Shown: positions 41,048 through 56,494, counted from the stretch's first letter. The stretch is 64,000 nucleotides of DNA from Flaccisagitta enflata (GCA_965153355.1 OZ231126.1:37944001-38008000), one strand, 5' to 3'. The notes: generated from the sequence alone by a model not told the origin. Translations and numbers: made by a program.

Positions 41048-43568
41048 TTTTTAGTCACGCAACTCTACTCACGCAACTCTACACCCCGCTATGTCAGTCT
41101 GTTGGTTAGTTGATGGGTCAGTTGGTTAGTCGGTTGGTCCCCTTTTTGGGCAGCGGCCCCAAAAGGGCCGATGTCCTGTTGGACACAGGGGTGAATTTAC
41201 ATACGTCTGTCCGTCCGTATGTCCGTTCTCCCCCCAAGCTTCTCAAGCCTAAAATTTCTATTGAATACAGACTATGACAGTCAGCCGTCCAAAGGCCCTA
41301 TTTCTGCCCCAGACCCTGCCAAAGAGCAATCCCTCTATTGCCGCTCCTCCCCCTTCTCCCCTCCTTCTTCCATCCTCCTTTAACTCCTCTGCCTCCGCCT
41401 CTTGTTCCGCTAGCTCTCACCCTCCATACTCATACACATCTTCCGCCGTCGCCTCTGCTGCCGCTACCTAGCTCCTTTCATCCACCTACCTCTTCCGCCG
41501 TCACCGCTATTGCCGCTACCTGCTGCATATCACGCCTCTAGACCTCTTTCACCGCTGCCGCTACTTCCGCTACTGCCGCTACTGAACGTAGCGGCAATAG
41601 AGGCGGCGGCGGAAGAGGTGTAGGAAGATGTTAATGGGGGTAGAGGCAGCAGAGGTAGAGATCTAAACCCCCTAAACCTCTTCCGCCGCTGCCGCTATTG
41701 CCGCTACCTTGGGTAGCGGCACTAGCGGCAGCGGCAGAGGAGGTGTAGGGGTAAAAAATTTGCGTAAGTAGCGGCACTAGCGGAGGAGGTTTAGGGGCAA
41801 AAAATTAGCCTCAGTAGCGGCACTAGCGGCACTAGCGGCACAAGCGGCAGCGGCGGAGGAGGTGTAGGGGCAAAAAATTTGTGCAAGTAGCAGCACTAGC
41901 GGCACTAGCGGAGGAAGTTTAGGGGCAAAAAATTAGCGTCAGTAGCGGCACTAGCGGCACTAGCGGCACTAGCGGCAGTGGCGGAAGAGGTGGGTAGCGG
42001 CACTAGCGGCAGCGGCGGAGGAGTTGTAGGGGCATGGTATGGGGTAGGTAGCGGCACTAGGGGCGGCAGTGGAAGAGGTGTAGGGGCATGATATGTGATA
42101 GGTAGCGGCACTAGCGGCGGCAGCGGAAGAGTAGTAGGGGCATAATTTGGGTTAGGTAGCGGCACTAGCGGCAGCAACGGAAGAGGTATGGGGGCATGAT
42201 TTGGGGTAGGTAGCGGCACTAGCGGCAGCGGCGGAAGAGGTGTAAGGGGTAGAAAGGATAAATGAGGATAGGTAGAGGCAGTATAGTCGTCGACAGAAGA
42301 GGTTTAGGGGATGGAAAGGATGCCAAAGGGTAGGTAGAGGCAGAGGTAGTGGCGGCGGAAGAGGTAAAGGGGATGGAAAGGATGCTGGGAGGTAGGAAGA
42401 GACAGAAAAGGGAAGTAAAAGAAACCAGGGTGGACCGCTGGTTGTCACTGCCTCATTGAATAACATGGAAAATTGACAAAATACAAACTTCCCATTGAAT
42501 AACATGGAAAACTAACGAAAAAGCAAAAAATGCATGTTTCCAATTGAATAAGATGGAAAATTGATAGGAAGTGAAAATAATGTTAAATTCCTATTGAATA
42601 ATATGGCAAATTTACAAGAAATTGAAAAAATGCAAAGTTCTCATTGAATATTATGGATAATTGCTCAAGACATATGGAAATTCTCCCCTGTGTCATACAG
42701 GACATCGGCTCTTTTGGGCCGCTGCCCTGCTCTCACTCCACTTCTTCCGCTAATCACTCCAAGCAGGGCATCGGGTACCGCTGACCATGCGCGATCCTTG
42801 GATGACCTGTTACTTTTTCAGCGTTTTTGAACTTTTTGGGCAGCGGCCCCAAAGGGGACGATGTCCTGTAGAACACAGGGGGACTTTCGTTCGTTCGTCC
42901 GTGCGAATGTGCATCCCCCCCCCACCTCAAGGCTCAAATCCTGGCCTCAAGGCCCAAATCCCACCCTCAAGGCTCAAATTCCACCCTCAGAAAGCTCAAA
43001 TCCCAGCCTTGAGGCTCAAATCCCAGCCTCAAGGCTCAAATCCAAGCCTCGAGACTCAAATCCCAGCCTCCAGGCTCCAATCTCAGCCTCCAGGCTCCAA
43101 TCCCAGCCTCCAGGCTCAAATCCCAGCCTCCAGGCTCAAATCCCAGCCTCAAAGCTCAAATCCCAGCCTCAAAGCTCAAATCCCATCCTCCAAGCTCAAA
43201 TCCAATCCTCCAGGTTCAAATCCCAGCCTCCAGGCTCAAATTCCAGCCTCCAGGCTCAAATCCCAGCCTCCAGGCTAAAATCCCAGCCTTGTGGCTCAAA
43301 TCCCAGCCTTGAGGCCCACACGGACGGACGAACAAACGAAAGTCCCCCTGTGTTCTACAGGACATTGTCCCCTTCGGAGCCGCTGCCCTGCTACCCATCA
43401 CCTACAATAACCAACATACAAAGCAGGGCAACGGGTATTGCTGACCACATATTGCCCTTGGGCGACTGGATTAGCATACAGCTCTTGCCCAGATGCCCAA
43501 GTGACCTTCTCCAGCACTGCTCCTGCCCACCTGCACGCAACTAGGGTAGCCGTGTATCCGGCCTTGTT
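41048..43568 (+). mobile_element. Family A copy carrying two nested family B insertions (41143-42810, 42833-43470)
   Basis: Family A sequence is split at T-runs and resumes after each insert, ending GTAGCCGTGTATCCGGCCTTGTT; each insert has ~50-bp subterminal inverted repeats GGGCAGCGGCCCC..GTCCTGT...ACACAGGGG. Confidence 0.8.
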
Positions 43569-44148
43569 GAATTTCCGGGCGGTTTTCCAATTCTGCTTCT
43601 CCCCAACCGTCTGCGACTGTTTTGACGTGTATCCAGCCTTATTATACAATCTTTATTAAACAGTTTCAACATACTATGATCCATAACATATAAGCTAAAC
43701 TTAAAATTTATGAAAATAATGATATTAATAACAATTTTCAAGGCATTTTAGATAGTAGAAAACATTCAGAGGTTTTGGCTGAAGATGACCCTGTTTCAGA
43801 CCATAGTGCATTGGTTGACATTCTTTGGACAATTTTTTTATAACCCTGCCGGAAATTACATATTTCAAAGTAACCTTAACGCTCAGACTCTTAATAAGTG
43901 ATTTACAAAGCATTTTCAGACTTGTTCTGATCCCAGTTCGCCTAATTTTGAGAGGGGTGTTAACACGTCCTTATCGTAGATGGTCTTAGTATAAATGTTG
44001 TCCAACTTTCTGATATATATGACCTACTAGTAATGTTTGCAATGTTTGCAATGTTTATCATAATTCATAATTCATGAGGCATCAGATTTCCCCCATCATA
44101 CATTCCGCGTCGACGTATCAAGGGCATGCTCTCTGTGAGACTTGACTA

Positions 44149-44493
44149 CCGTATTTCTTGTAATTGACGCCCCGGGCGCTTTTGAAAGTAGAATGAAACA
44201 TTGTTTTTTCAAACCTGCAATTAACGCCCCCTTTTCACTAATATTTAAATGATGTTTTATAAAACTTAAATTTTTTTATTATTTTTTTTTACAAATTAAA
44301 TCAGTAAATCACTAGAAAAAAGTATATTTTGTTGTTTTGCATCTCATTGTAATATAGTTTTTCCCAAAAATCTAATTGCCAATGAATTCTGTATGATTTG
44401 TTCCAAAAAATCACTCTAATCATTAGCTGATTATTTTATGAATATGGGGGGGGGGCGCTAATTAGAGGGGGGCGATAAATGCAAGAAATACGG
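44149..44493. mobile_element. pogo/Tc1-mariner-type MITE
   Basis: TIR CCGTATTTCTTGTAATTGACGCCCC vs GGGGCGATAAATGCAAGAAATACGG, flanked by TA on both sides. Confidence 0.85.
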
Positions 44494-45082
44494 TAACAGG
44501 AAAAGAATTCCTTGAGTCTCTTGGCTTTGGCAGGGAGAAACGGCGTAATTAAGAACAAAAAGATGAAAATGCGATTAACAATGGCAGACTGATTCGAGGT
44601 GAAAATTCGACGACCCTTTGTTAGAACAAGAGAAAAGCAAAATCCGTTGACACAAAACTCGATGAGACATTTGGAACAAAACAGAAAACTGAGGTGGAAA
44701 CCAAAGGGCATGCAAGTAGAAAGGGGAAGATGAACGAGTTAGGACTTTGAGTGAGGGAGATGGAAAATTCTTGAAGTTGAAGGTAGATGGAACCATATGA
44801 AGAAATCAAGGTTGAACAGATTTGGAGGAGCCCTGAGCACCGTGCAACTTCCACGTGCGAGAGCAAAAGTGAAAAAGTGCAATGGGGATTCAGATAGGCA
44901 TAGGTAGACATAGAGTCAGTCAACGACGTCAATTCGAAAGCAAATGCAATGGAGGACTGACAATAGGGTTGCATCGGTACTTATGCTACAGTTAAGGCGT
45001 GTGGTGATTTTTTGTGGTATGGTCGAAGGATAGTTGGTGCCCTGTGAATTGTGTTGTGCTATAGTTATATGTGATTACTAGG

Positions 45083-45481
45083 AACAAGGCCAACACCTAT
45101 ATGTCGCGTGCGAGACATGAATAACTTAAGATGACTTTTATTGACTCAAAATGACTTGAAATGACTCAAGACAACTTTAAATGACTTAAAAAGACCTAAA
45201 ATGACTGAAATGACTACTTTGACCTATTTGACTCAAGTGACTTAAAATAACTTAGAATGACTTAGAATGACTTAGAATGACTTAGAATGACTTAGAATGA
45301 CTTAGAGTGACTTAAGATGACTTAGAATGACTAGAAATGACTTAAAGTATAATAAAAAAGTAAAGTGTGATGGACCGACGGACCGACAAACGGATGGACG
45401 GACCGACCAACCGACAAACGGACCGACGGACCGACGGACTGACAAAGCGGGTTGTAGAGTCGCGTGCACGCGACTAAAAAA
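45083..45481 (-). mobile_element. Family A subfamily copy with expanded (GACTTAGAAT)n array
   Basis: Same termini as 22399-22590; 10-bp repeat expanded at ~45120-45345. Confidence 0.75.
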
Positions 45482-45498
45482 GGGTTGTGGTAGTCTGG

Positions 45499-45562
<64 letters not shown>

Positions 45563-45833
45563 GACAAAGACAGAGACAGAAAGACATACAGATACACTGA
45601 CAGTCAAAAACGCATACACACAGACACACAAGCATGGTGAAATAGAAAAAAAGCGAGAAGAGAAAGAAGGGTGGGAGATGAAGAAGTCAGAGTACAGTTG
45701 AAAACTGGGAAGGGAAGTGAAAAGAAGGAAAGGGGATATTAAATGTTAACTCGCGACTCATTTTTGTTGTGATTTATAGCTTTCTGTCAGTTTTCGAGTT
45801 GGTGATTGTTGGCTGAACGCGCTCATGCAAATG

Positions 45834-45948
<115 letters not shown>

Positions 45949-46295
45949 TCTTTTCACTCTCTTTCCAAATCCTGGGCAGTGTTGCGTAACAAAACGGGTC
46001 GGAACTAACGTCAAATCGATCCAAAATGACGAGGTGCAGCGAGGGAAATATTTTGGATTAGAGTGAAGTGAAAGACAAAGGGAATAGCAATGGAATGAAA
46101 AGAAACAAAGGGGCGAATAAAATGGAGGATGAATGAATGATTGAATGAATGAATGAATGAATGAATGAATGAATGAATGAATGAATGAATGAATGAATGA
46201 ATGAAAGAATGAATGGATGAATGAGGGAAGAATGCATGATAAATGAATGAATAAATGAATAGATGAATGAATAAAAGTACGAATAAAAAAAAAGT

Positions 46296-46383
<88 letters not shown>

Positions 46384-46998
46384 AAAACTAGAAGTAATAA
46401 CATTTCTGTTTTCAATCTCTTATTTTTGTCAGGTTTTGCCCCCTTGACTATTCAAACGTCGTCCGTCTCATAGCATGGTACCGCCTGCCGCCGTCTTTTG
46501 ACAACAAATCTAGATTTCAACAAATAACAAAGGAAGCGACCAAGAAAAATAAAGAAATAAAAGAAACAAAGAACGAGTACAACCACCGCTTCCCCAATTA
46601 TGCATTATCGACGATGGCAGAGCTGAAAAATAAAGAAAGTCAAGACAAAATAAACAGGAACTACAACGACGACAAAAACGAAAACAACAACAACGACATC
46701 AACCACAACAACAACGACAAGGACAACGACAAAGAAAAGACAAAGACAAAGACAAAGACAAAGACAAAGACAAAGACAACGACAAAGACAAAGACAAAGA
46801 CAAAGACAAAGACAAAGACAACGACAACGCCGACAACAACTACAAGAATATTACCAAAATTAAAAAAGAAAGCGGCGAACGTTTTTTGTTCAGCTTAATC
46901 AATTCCAACAAATAAACAACATTTTTTCTTGCCATGATATATTTTATATTTTTCCGCTGGATTGTTATGTATTTTTATTCCTAAATACCCCCTCTTAT

Positions 46999-47092
<94 letters not shown>

Positions 47093-48103
47093 TTCTCCTC
47101 CCCCCCCCCAAAAAAAAACAAAATATTCTTTTTTTGAACAACTTCCGTTTTCCCTTTTAAACCTCCAAGTTTTATTCCTCAGCCCCAATCCCTGAATCAT
47201 AGTTCCCAAATTCCCCTCCTTTTTTCCTTTTTCGAATAAACACTCGCATATCTTTTCTTCTCCAATTGAAATAGAACCACCTTCATATCATTTGATATAA
47301 GAGATCTGAGTGAGAAAAGAAAAAAAATATTTCAAGTCATCCTCCCCGAGACATTCTCATATTTCTTATATTTTTTATTCTTACCAGTATTCTCTCTCTT
47401 TATCTCTCTCACTCTCTTTCTTTCTTAGTGCGAATCTTTCTTTAGATAAACAAACAAACAAAACAAAAATCGTCTTTTTTATCATTTACATATTACGTTA
47501 ACATTTTCTTCAACACGAAGAAGAAGATGTTAACCACAAATAATGCCGATTCTTTCTCCCTCCCGTTTGTGAAAAAGTTCACAGTTTCGTGACCATGCTT
47601 TTTAACTGATTTTCACTGCAGTGCAACATATCATGCTTCAAGTGAGTTGTTACTTCCACATGTTGTAATGTACAGTACACATTGTTGATTTTATCTATAT
47701 TTGGTGAACAAGGTACTAAAAAATAGAGTTGACACGCATTACTTATAGATGATGTTGAGAATTAGTGATGATTCAATAAAAAAAAACATATCCATATTTG
47801 ATTGATATTCAATTATTGACCCGTCAATCTTTTTGTTTCTTTCCTTTTCTTTCGATACTGAACAGTATTTTCAAAGATTTTTTGACCTTTCAGTAGATTC
47901 CCCAAAGTTTTCTGGTACATTGATATAAGAGAATATATGCACGTTTTTTTATCAAAATGCTCCCGAACGATTGTTTTCAAGTTATTATTTTTTCGTTTTC
48001 CTAAGTCAAAATGCTTGAATTTTTGGAAAGGCTCTCTTTTTTATTAAGTACATTTTGAATTTGTATTTAGTTCCGCCGCGTATTGCGAGATTGTTTGCTT
48101 GTT

Positions 48104-48146
<43 letters not shown>

Positions 48147-50003
48147 CTCTTTCTTAGGTTCAAATTGGTCACAGTATCAAAATAAGCTCTGATACTCAGT
48201 GATGAACCCGGCAGTACTCTTTACCGAAATGGTTATTTTCAGTTTTTTCTGTGCCATGAATGCAGATTAAACGTAGTTTATCCTTTTGTCACATTTTGAG
48301 AATACGAATTAACTGACGTACCATGCATACTGCCCAAATATACTTTAATCAAAGTATACTCCAAAGAGTATTTCAATATGCCACTTGGTGACAGTATCAT
48401 TTATCTCAAAATCAAAACCTACACGCAATGAATAAAAACTTAAAGAATTTGTTTCATTAAAAAGGCGAACTAGTCATGTGAAAAACACTTCATTTTAGCA
48501 TAATTACTGGACGAATCCTCTTTCATTGAAAATCGCATACATTTGCTTTGGTTACAACATTTTCTGGTCTTTGGTTAGTGACATTTTTTTTCTGTTACTT
48601 TTCCAGTTTGAAGCAAAGAGAAAATGTTTTGATAATCCATGAGGCACAAGTGATTATTTCTTTTTTTCGGGGCCGCGGGAAATAGTAATAGTAATGGTTA
48701 GAGATACCTACAAAATGACAATGGCAGCAATAACTTAGTCAATTCCCCATTTACCAGTTGTTTAAAAAACGACATTTTCAGAGGTGCGCATTTTTTGAAA
48801 TTCGACATTTTGAGAGGTGCATATCATTTGCCCGTCGAAAGCTCGGTGCTGATTTTGGCTTACAATTAAGTATAAAACCGTACATGCCCTAATGTTGTTA
48901 CCGACCATGATTCGTAATGGATTGAAACGGTAGTAGGTGAGTGATTTTAACAATATCGATTGTACGCTGGCGCATCGTGCATGAGTCTAGTCCCAATCAC
49001 AATCCAGCCAATCCTCAAATACTTTTTTGAGTTTCTTTTTCTGGGATAACGCGAGACACGTAATCAGAATCCTCCGCCCGGCAATATTTGTTTGATTTGT
49101 TATACGATTTGATCAGAATTACGTTTTGTTTTGGACCTTCTTCCAAATTTGTAGATGACTGATAAACTGGAGCACCACTGTACGAGAAGCAATCTAACCA
49201 TCCAGCCATCTACAATTTCAGACAATCAATATGAAGCTTTCTGTGAGTTTATTCCCCCCCCCCCCCCCATGGAAATCTGATTGATCCATCGATAATAAAC
49301 CTCTCTCTTTTTTTGCCAGATGACTTCATGCTTATACCACTTATTGCTTTTTTATGCTGCCTCTTTTAAAAAAGAGACATGTTGAAAGATATATATTCAT
49401 ACCGTTAATTTATTGGTCTAGCAGATAAAATCGCGAGGCGCGCACTCACACACACATATTTTTTTTCCATCACGGTTAGAGTTTTATAGTTTCCTACTCG
49501 CACTGGGACGTGACGGTTTTATCTGATAGTCTTTTTTCTTTTATTTCATTTTTGATTTTCCTCAGATCACATTAGTATTACATTACAGTTACATATTACA
49601 AATAACTTATAAATCACCTTGATTTTGAAATTGGGATTGCGCTTGTAAATATATTTGAACCTTAATAAAGTTTAATCACCCAATCCAAGCTTTTTCTTTG
49701 CCTCATTATCTAGTTTTCATGAGGGAAATTTTAATAAGAATAGTACTAAATATTTTGGCGACTTGACAGAGAGTCTCGTTCTCAAAGAATCGGTATCAAC
49801 ATGACATTCAGTGGGATTTTTTATCTAGCTTACTTTATGGGAGAACCGCCCATCTCTTTCTCTACTTTTGTCATAAGGAAAAGAGATCATTACTTTTTTT
49901 TGAACCCGGAAATGTAGGACCAGCATTTCCCGAGACCCATGGTCACTTCCTTCTTCGTGTCCATCTACATTTACCTCTCTCTCTGTCTCTGTCTCTCTCT
50001 GTC

Positions 50004-50155
<152 letters not shown>

Positions 50156-50327
50156 CTCCTTCCCTGAGGCCGTTTTGGCCGTTGCAAGGGGCCGAAGCTC
50201 GACTAAAACCGAAGAAAAATCTGTTTCCTTGATCAAATTTTGACCTATTGCCTTCCCCTCGAATTGGAGAACGACGGACTACTTTCTTCTTTCTCGCCGG
50301 TGGACCTCTGCTCCTCCCTTTCTGTAT

Positions 50328-50429
<102 letters not shown>

Positions 50430-51291
50430 CCATAGCTTACTTTTTCGTATAAATAATGAAAGAATCAGCGAAGAAAATTTAGTAGTGTCACTGTTGTCAA
50501 ATTAAAGCTCAACAGAAAGCGTATTTGAGCCTTCCTTTAGGCTGATATTGATTGAATAACAACGAATCGCAAAAAGTAAAAAGCGTCTCTTTTTAACAAC
50601 ATACAGCTCTTGCTCCGTCCGTATTTATTTGGTTCGGGGTTGTGGAGGTGCTCCTTTCGTGACTTCTTCTTGGGCCCTGGAGGCAGGAGACAGGTGAAGT
50701 AGCAATGACTAACTTTGACCTCCCAGCGAGACCGCCAACATTTTCACGCTCACCACTCTTTTGCGCCACTTTGCCCTTTTCTGACTAAGATCACTGAATG
50801 CATCAGAATTGCTTCTAAGTGCAAACTTGTTCGCCGGAGGACGCTTATGAGTCCTATCGAAACAGAAATAGCCTAAAGCAACCACTTACCAATGCACTTT
50901 TAAACTGATAGTAAACTCACAACTGCATGTGTTTTTGTGATCGCGTTTTCAAATACTGTGTATGCTCCTCAAAATTGCACTACCCCCCACACCACCTCTT
51001 ACCCCTCCACCCCCCCCTCCACCCCCCCCCCCAAAAGAGGTAACTATGTTTCCCCCAACATAATCAGTTTCATTGTGTGGCTGCTCTCTCTCAGTGTATG
51101 AGACATAAAAGGAGCATGAATAAGCTGAAAATGAGATCAGGCACTTACTAAGCGAAAACCACATCGCGTTACTTTTACCTACTGAAGCATAACACGAACC
51201 CGTAATTTAAGCACACAGCCTCACAAAATGTGTCTTTCAGTTGCGATTCGCGAATATAGCACCATTTAACCGCATTCTGCGGCCGCCAACG

Positions 51292-51408
51292 CGGCTAATG
51301 CATCATTTAGCCGCCATTCACGGCTAATGCATCATTTAGCCGCCATTCACGGCTAATGCATCATTTAGCCGCCATTCACGGCTAATGCATCATTTAGCCG
51401 CGATTCAC
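51292..51408. repeat. 29-bp palindromic tandem repeat x4
   Basis: CGGCTAATGCATCATTTAGCCGCCATTCA; each unit can form a CGGCTAA/TTAGCCG stem. Confidence 0.88.
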
Positions 51409-51492
51409 GAGCGACTTTTCTTCCCATTTCTAGGGATTCTCGGTCCTTCTTTCCTTGCTTTTTTCGTGGCAGAAAGTCCCCTAATGAGGACC

Positions 51493-51617
<125 letters not shown>

Positions 51618-52292
51618 ACAAAAAGACAATCTGGACAGAAAGAACAGACACTGATTGATCCTAAAATGATGAAACGTGGACTCAAAAGGAACAAATTCAC
51701 AGTGGCACATCTATACAGCTTGAGGAAGGATAGAAAACAAAGAGGGGAATGAAAGATCTTGATGACGTTTAAAGTAAAGGAAAGAAAAAAAGAAAAGAGT
51801 CTGGCCGGTGTCTACTTAACCCTCACCTGATCCTCTTAACGATGGCGTAAACGTCCAACGCCTTCCGTCTTTCTCCCTTTTCTGGCCATTTAGCTTCTTC
51901 CGACTGTCGCGGGCGAGCGCGTGTTCCAGAAGAAGAATGATATCTTCACAAGGAATAATGGTGTAACCGCCTTTTTGCCCGCTGTCAGAGTCGACACAGA
52001 CGCCATAAGTCCTTTCGATTCTTTACCTCGGTCAACCTAAGTCGTTTCTTTTTTACGCCACAGTCACGCCACAGTTGAGCGCATACGAGCCCATTACATT
52101 TCCCCCCTTTTTTTCTGGACCCCAACTCGACAACCAACCTCATCACCAATTCGCCAGAATCACTTGTAAATCATTAACAGTTCTACGCCAGTACCACAGT
52201 AAAGACCAGTACAAACAGCTTAAACTACGTATCCGACCGTTACCATTCCTCCCCCCCCCCCAAAAAAAAACAAAACAAAACAAAGCAAACTA

Positions 52293-52528
52293 ACCATAGC
52301 GTCAATAAAACTGACCGTTTTTCTGGTTCCCACTATACTGTCTTTGCTTGAGAAAACTACCTTAACTTGAGATAAATTGATTAAGATTGGTGATGTCTGG
52401 AAAGCTCTTTGAAAGATCTTTCATCTGAATTGTGTCTGGAATCTGTGGCTCAAACGGTTGAAAAATTAAAGCAGTTTAAAGCAGTTAGATTGAGTTTTGA
52501 AAACGGCCAGATTTATTGACGCTATGGT
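52293..52528. mobile_element. MITE (~236 bp)
   Basis: TIR ACCATAGCGTCAATAAAACTGACCGTTTT / AAAACGGCCAGATTTATTGACGCTATGGT, flanked by TA. Confidence 0.8.
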
Positions 52529-52601
52529 TAATTGGTTATAGCACCAAATTCTCGAACCAATCACTGCGTCCTTCACCCTCCCACGCCGTCGCAAGCACCA
52601 C

Positions 52602-52886
52602 TAGAGTTTGGAGTTTCAAACAAAATCATCTAGTGGCATATAACGGAAGTATGATTGAGATTATATGCATAGTAGGTTGCGTATAAGTGGAGTTTTTAGC
52701 CAAAAAAACGCTTTTTAACGTTTTTTTCTAGTAGTATTACAATTACTACTATTTTCTAAGATGAAATGAGTTTTCCAGTGCCTGTGATGCATCGTTGACT
52801 CTTTAAGAAAATACTTGAGCAAAGCATGGTTATGGATTAAGATTATTAAAAGCATGGCCATCGACGTGCTATCTCCGTTTTGTCAC

Positions 52887-52963
<77 letters not shown>

Positions 52964-53545
52964 CACAAACAGACATAGACAAGAAGAACTTGATTCTGGA
53001 CTCATTTCAGCTATCTTTTGGGATGATTCAAACTTGATATAAGCATGAGGGAGAATTATTGATCATTTATTTTACTTTATTTTTTGTTTTAACAAAACAA
53101 ATCAACTAGTGAAATATATATAACTATGAAATATAGTAAATGAGATAATTACAAAGAATTTGATTAATAAAATATGAGTAAAAAACATTGAATATAAATG
53201 AAAAAGATGAAAAAAGTGACAACAGAATTATTAAAAGAATGGTAATTTGAAAGTGAAAAAAAATTTGTAAAAAGTATTGAATCAAATATCAAAATGAAAA
53301 ATGAAAAAAACAAACAAATGAAAAATGAAACATCGAAAATGAAAAGTGAAAATTAAAAAAGTGAAAAGTGAAAAGTATAATGTAAAGTTTAAAATAAAAA
53401 ATGAAAAATGAAAAATGAAAAATGAATAATGAAAAATGAAAAATGAAAAATGAAAAATGAAAAATGAAAAATGAAAAATGAAAAATGAAAAGTGAGTCAT
53501 GAAATATGAAAACTGATGAAAATAACAAAAATAAATAGAAATAAG

Positions 53546-53632
<87 letters not shown>

Positions 53633-53726
53633 TTTTTTTTGTTGCGGTTGTGGTCATTGTTGTTGTGGTCATTGTTATTGTAGATGTGGTCGTTGTTGGT
53701 GTTGTTATTGTTGGTGTTGTTATTGC

Positions 53727-53818
<92 letters not shown>

Positions 53819-54107
53819 TTGTTGTTGTTGTTGTTGTTGTCAATGTTGTTGTTGTCAAATAAATAGAAATAAGGAATGAAAATAATCTTTTGATATTAGC
53901 GAAAAATTCTGGAAATTTTTATTAAATTATCAAAATGATCACCGAAAATCCACTATGAATTCCCTAAATCTTATTACTCCCTCAATGCCAAGTGAAAAAC
54001 ATGAAAAACGCCAATGGGAAACTCATTTTAGCGCCAAATACGTTTTTGCGTCTCATCTGCCACTTCCGGTGGAGGTGGCGTATAAAAAAGCGTATAGGTA
54101 AACTCTA
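52602..54107. mobile_element. Non-autonomous hAT-like element
   Basis: TIR TAGAGTTT...AAACTCTA with exact 8-bp TSD AGCACCAC at 52594-52601 and 54108-54115; interior contains (GA)n, (AAAATGA)n and (GTT)n. Confidence 0.8.
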
Positions 54108-54854
54108 AGCACCACACACATTGGGTGTGTTTCTACTCAGAGACACAAACACGATTCTAATATGGGTTTTGCAGATCGCGATTTTACTTCACTCTTGCTG
54201 AAAAAATTTAAGGCGCAAGGTAGACTCGAATCCACTCAAAGTTGTCTTAGTGATAGACTTTTTGGACATTGAAGCCATCGCCCTTACGAGCCACGCCATT
54301 AAGGAAATCACTCACAACGGTGGAATTTTGGTGGCCATTTTCTAGAACTTTGGATCACTTTATGGGGGTTCAGTTGTGTAATGGCTATCTTATTCAAATG
54401 CCTGTCATAAACAAGTGTACCAAAAATAATTGCAATTTTGGGTAAGAGTATCACTGGCGCTGGTGGATAAGGCGTGGATAAGGCGCGGGTTTGATCCCTG
54501 CAAGTAGCCAATATTTTTTCAGGAGAGGGGTGGTGAAATCGCGAATTGTAAAACCTACATCAAAACGCGATTGTGGCTTTGAGTAGAAACGCACCCACAG
54601 TTGGGGAACCTCCTAAGACATCGGCGCTTTCTTTTTCTCTTTCTGTTTGTTCTATCTTTTTTCATTCTCCGTGTCTTAGCCCTCGGCTCCTTGCCTCGCC
54701 AAATCCTCCAAGAACACGAGAGCGTGATAATAAGTGCTGCTTCGAGGTCTCCACGACTCCATGTAACCCTTTTACCCTGTTCCTAGATACATATTTTCCT
54801 ATAGCTCATAACACACCAAATCTTGTAACGCGAAGTTGTCGGCCCCTGAGGAAT

Positions 54855-55082
<228 letters not shown>

Positions 55083-55694
55083 TATGTGTGTGTCTGTGTA
55101 CGTGCGTGTGCTCAAATCGATTCAAAGTCTGATCGGTCCCATCACAGCTAGTAGGGTTATCTTCTAATTCTGCTTCCCTGTTGGCATAAAGCTGCATCAG
55201 TATGTTGAAGCCATATAACAATAATAGTTATTCTCACAAATGCAAATGTTTACTAAGTCGGCAATCCAACCATGAACGGTAAATCTGTCACTAGAAATAT
55301 TGAACTTGTTTTTTAGAATCGCTGCACGATACCTTGCATCAGGACCGCCTGTCCGACATTCAATCAGTTGATAAAATAAAAGAATCTGTAGTTGTGACTT
55401 GTGACAACTGACAAGCGATGAATCGTTCATTTATTCCATCGGAAAGGATTTGTTAAAGACGGTGTTACAGTGTGACGTATGAAAATGCAATATAGACCGT
55501 GGAAAGCCTGTTAGTTGTCGACAGGGGTCAGATTAGTGGCGTAGAAAAAAAGAAGAAAGAGGAAAAGAGCGAAGCGCGATGAGAGATCCGACCAAACAGT
55601 CTTTTCAAGCTTATCTCCTTCTCCACAGGCAAACGCCCGACCGATGGACTAGACATAAAGGGCCAACTCTTTCGATAAAAGCCCAGTAAAGGAG

Positions 55695-55755
<61 letters not shown>

Positions 55756-56303
55756 AAAGATAGACACAGACAGTCAGACAGACAGACAGACAGACAGGCA
55801 GACAGACAGAGAGACAGACAGACAGACCGACAGACAGACGGAGAGACATGCGTAAATCACGTGAGACAGAGACAAGAAAAGATGGACTTCTGAGTTGACT
55901 GAGTGCAAACCCGCCGATCCATCTGACTTTCCACCATCTGATCTAATGAGAGATTCATGCTTTTTCCTTTCCAACAGGGTATGGTAGGGAGGTAAGCCTC
56001 AAAGAAGGATAGAGAAAAAAGAGAAATAATAGGAAGACAAAAAAAGATGAAGAAAAATAGAAAGAGGAAACAGAAAAAAAAAACAGAAAAAAAGTTAGGA
56101 GGACGCCGCATCAAATGGCTTATTTGTGCTCCATCGGAGACAAATTTTTCCAGATTGTGTAACAGCCAGAAAGCGCTGCTTTTGTTACGCAAATAGGAAC
56201 AGATGAAAACTTTGGCAAACTCCAAGAAGGTCATTCTTGAGTTGTTGACTTCCTTGGGAAAAGGAAACCTTGTCATCCTGCAGGAAGAAGAAGATAGGAG
56301 GAG

Positions 56304-56494
<191 letters not shown>

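Noticed and set aside
42787..43544. Pro/Gln/Ser repeat ORFs
   Set aside because: Translations of the internal tandem array of a family B element.
51827..52022. 65-codon open minus-strand frame ending at a CAG|GTGAGG donor-like site
   Set aside because: No usable acceptor, no recognisable homology, and the length is within chance expectation.
54210..54520. Two divergent tRNA-like A/B-box fragments
   Set aside because: Boxes are degenerate and stems do not pair; too weak to call a tRNA or SINE.
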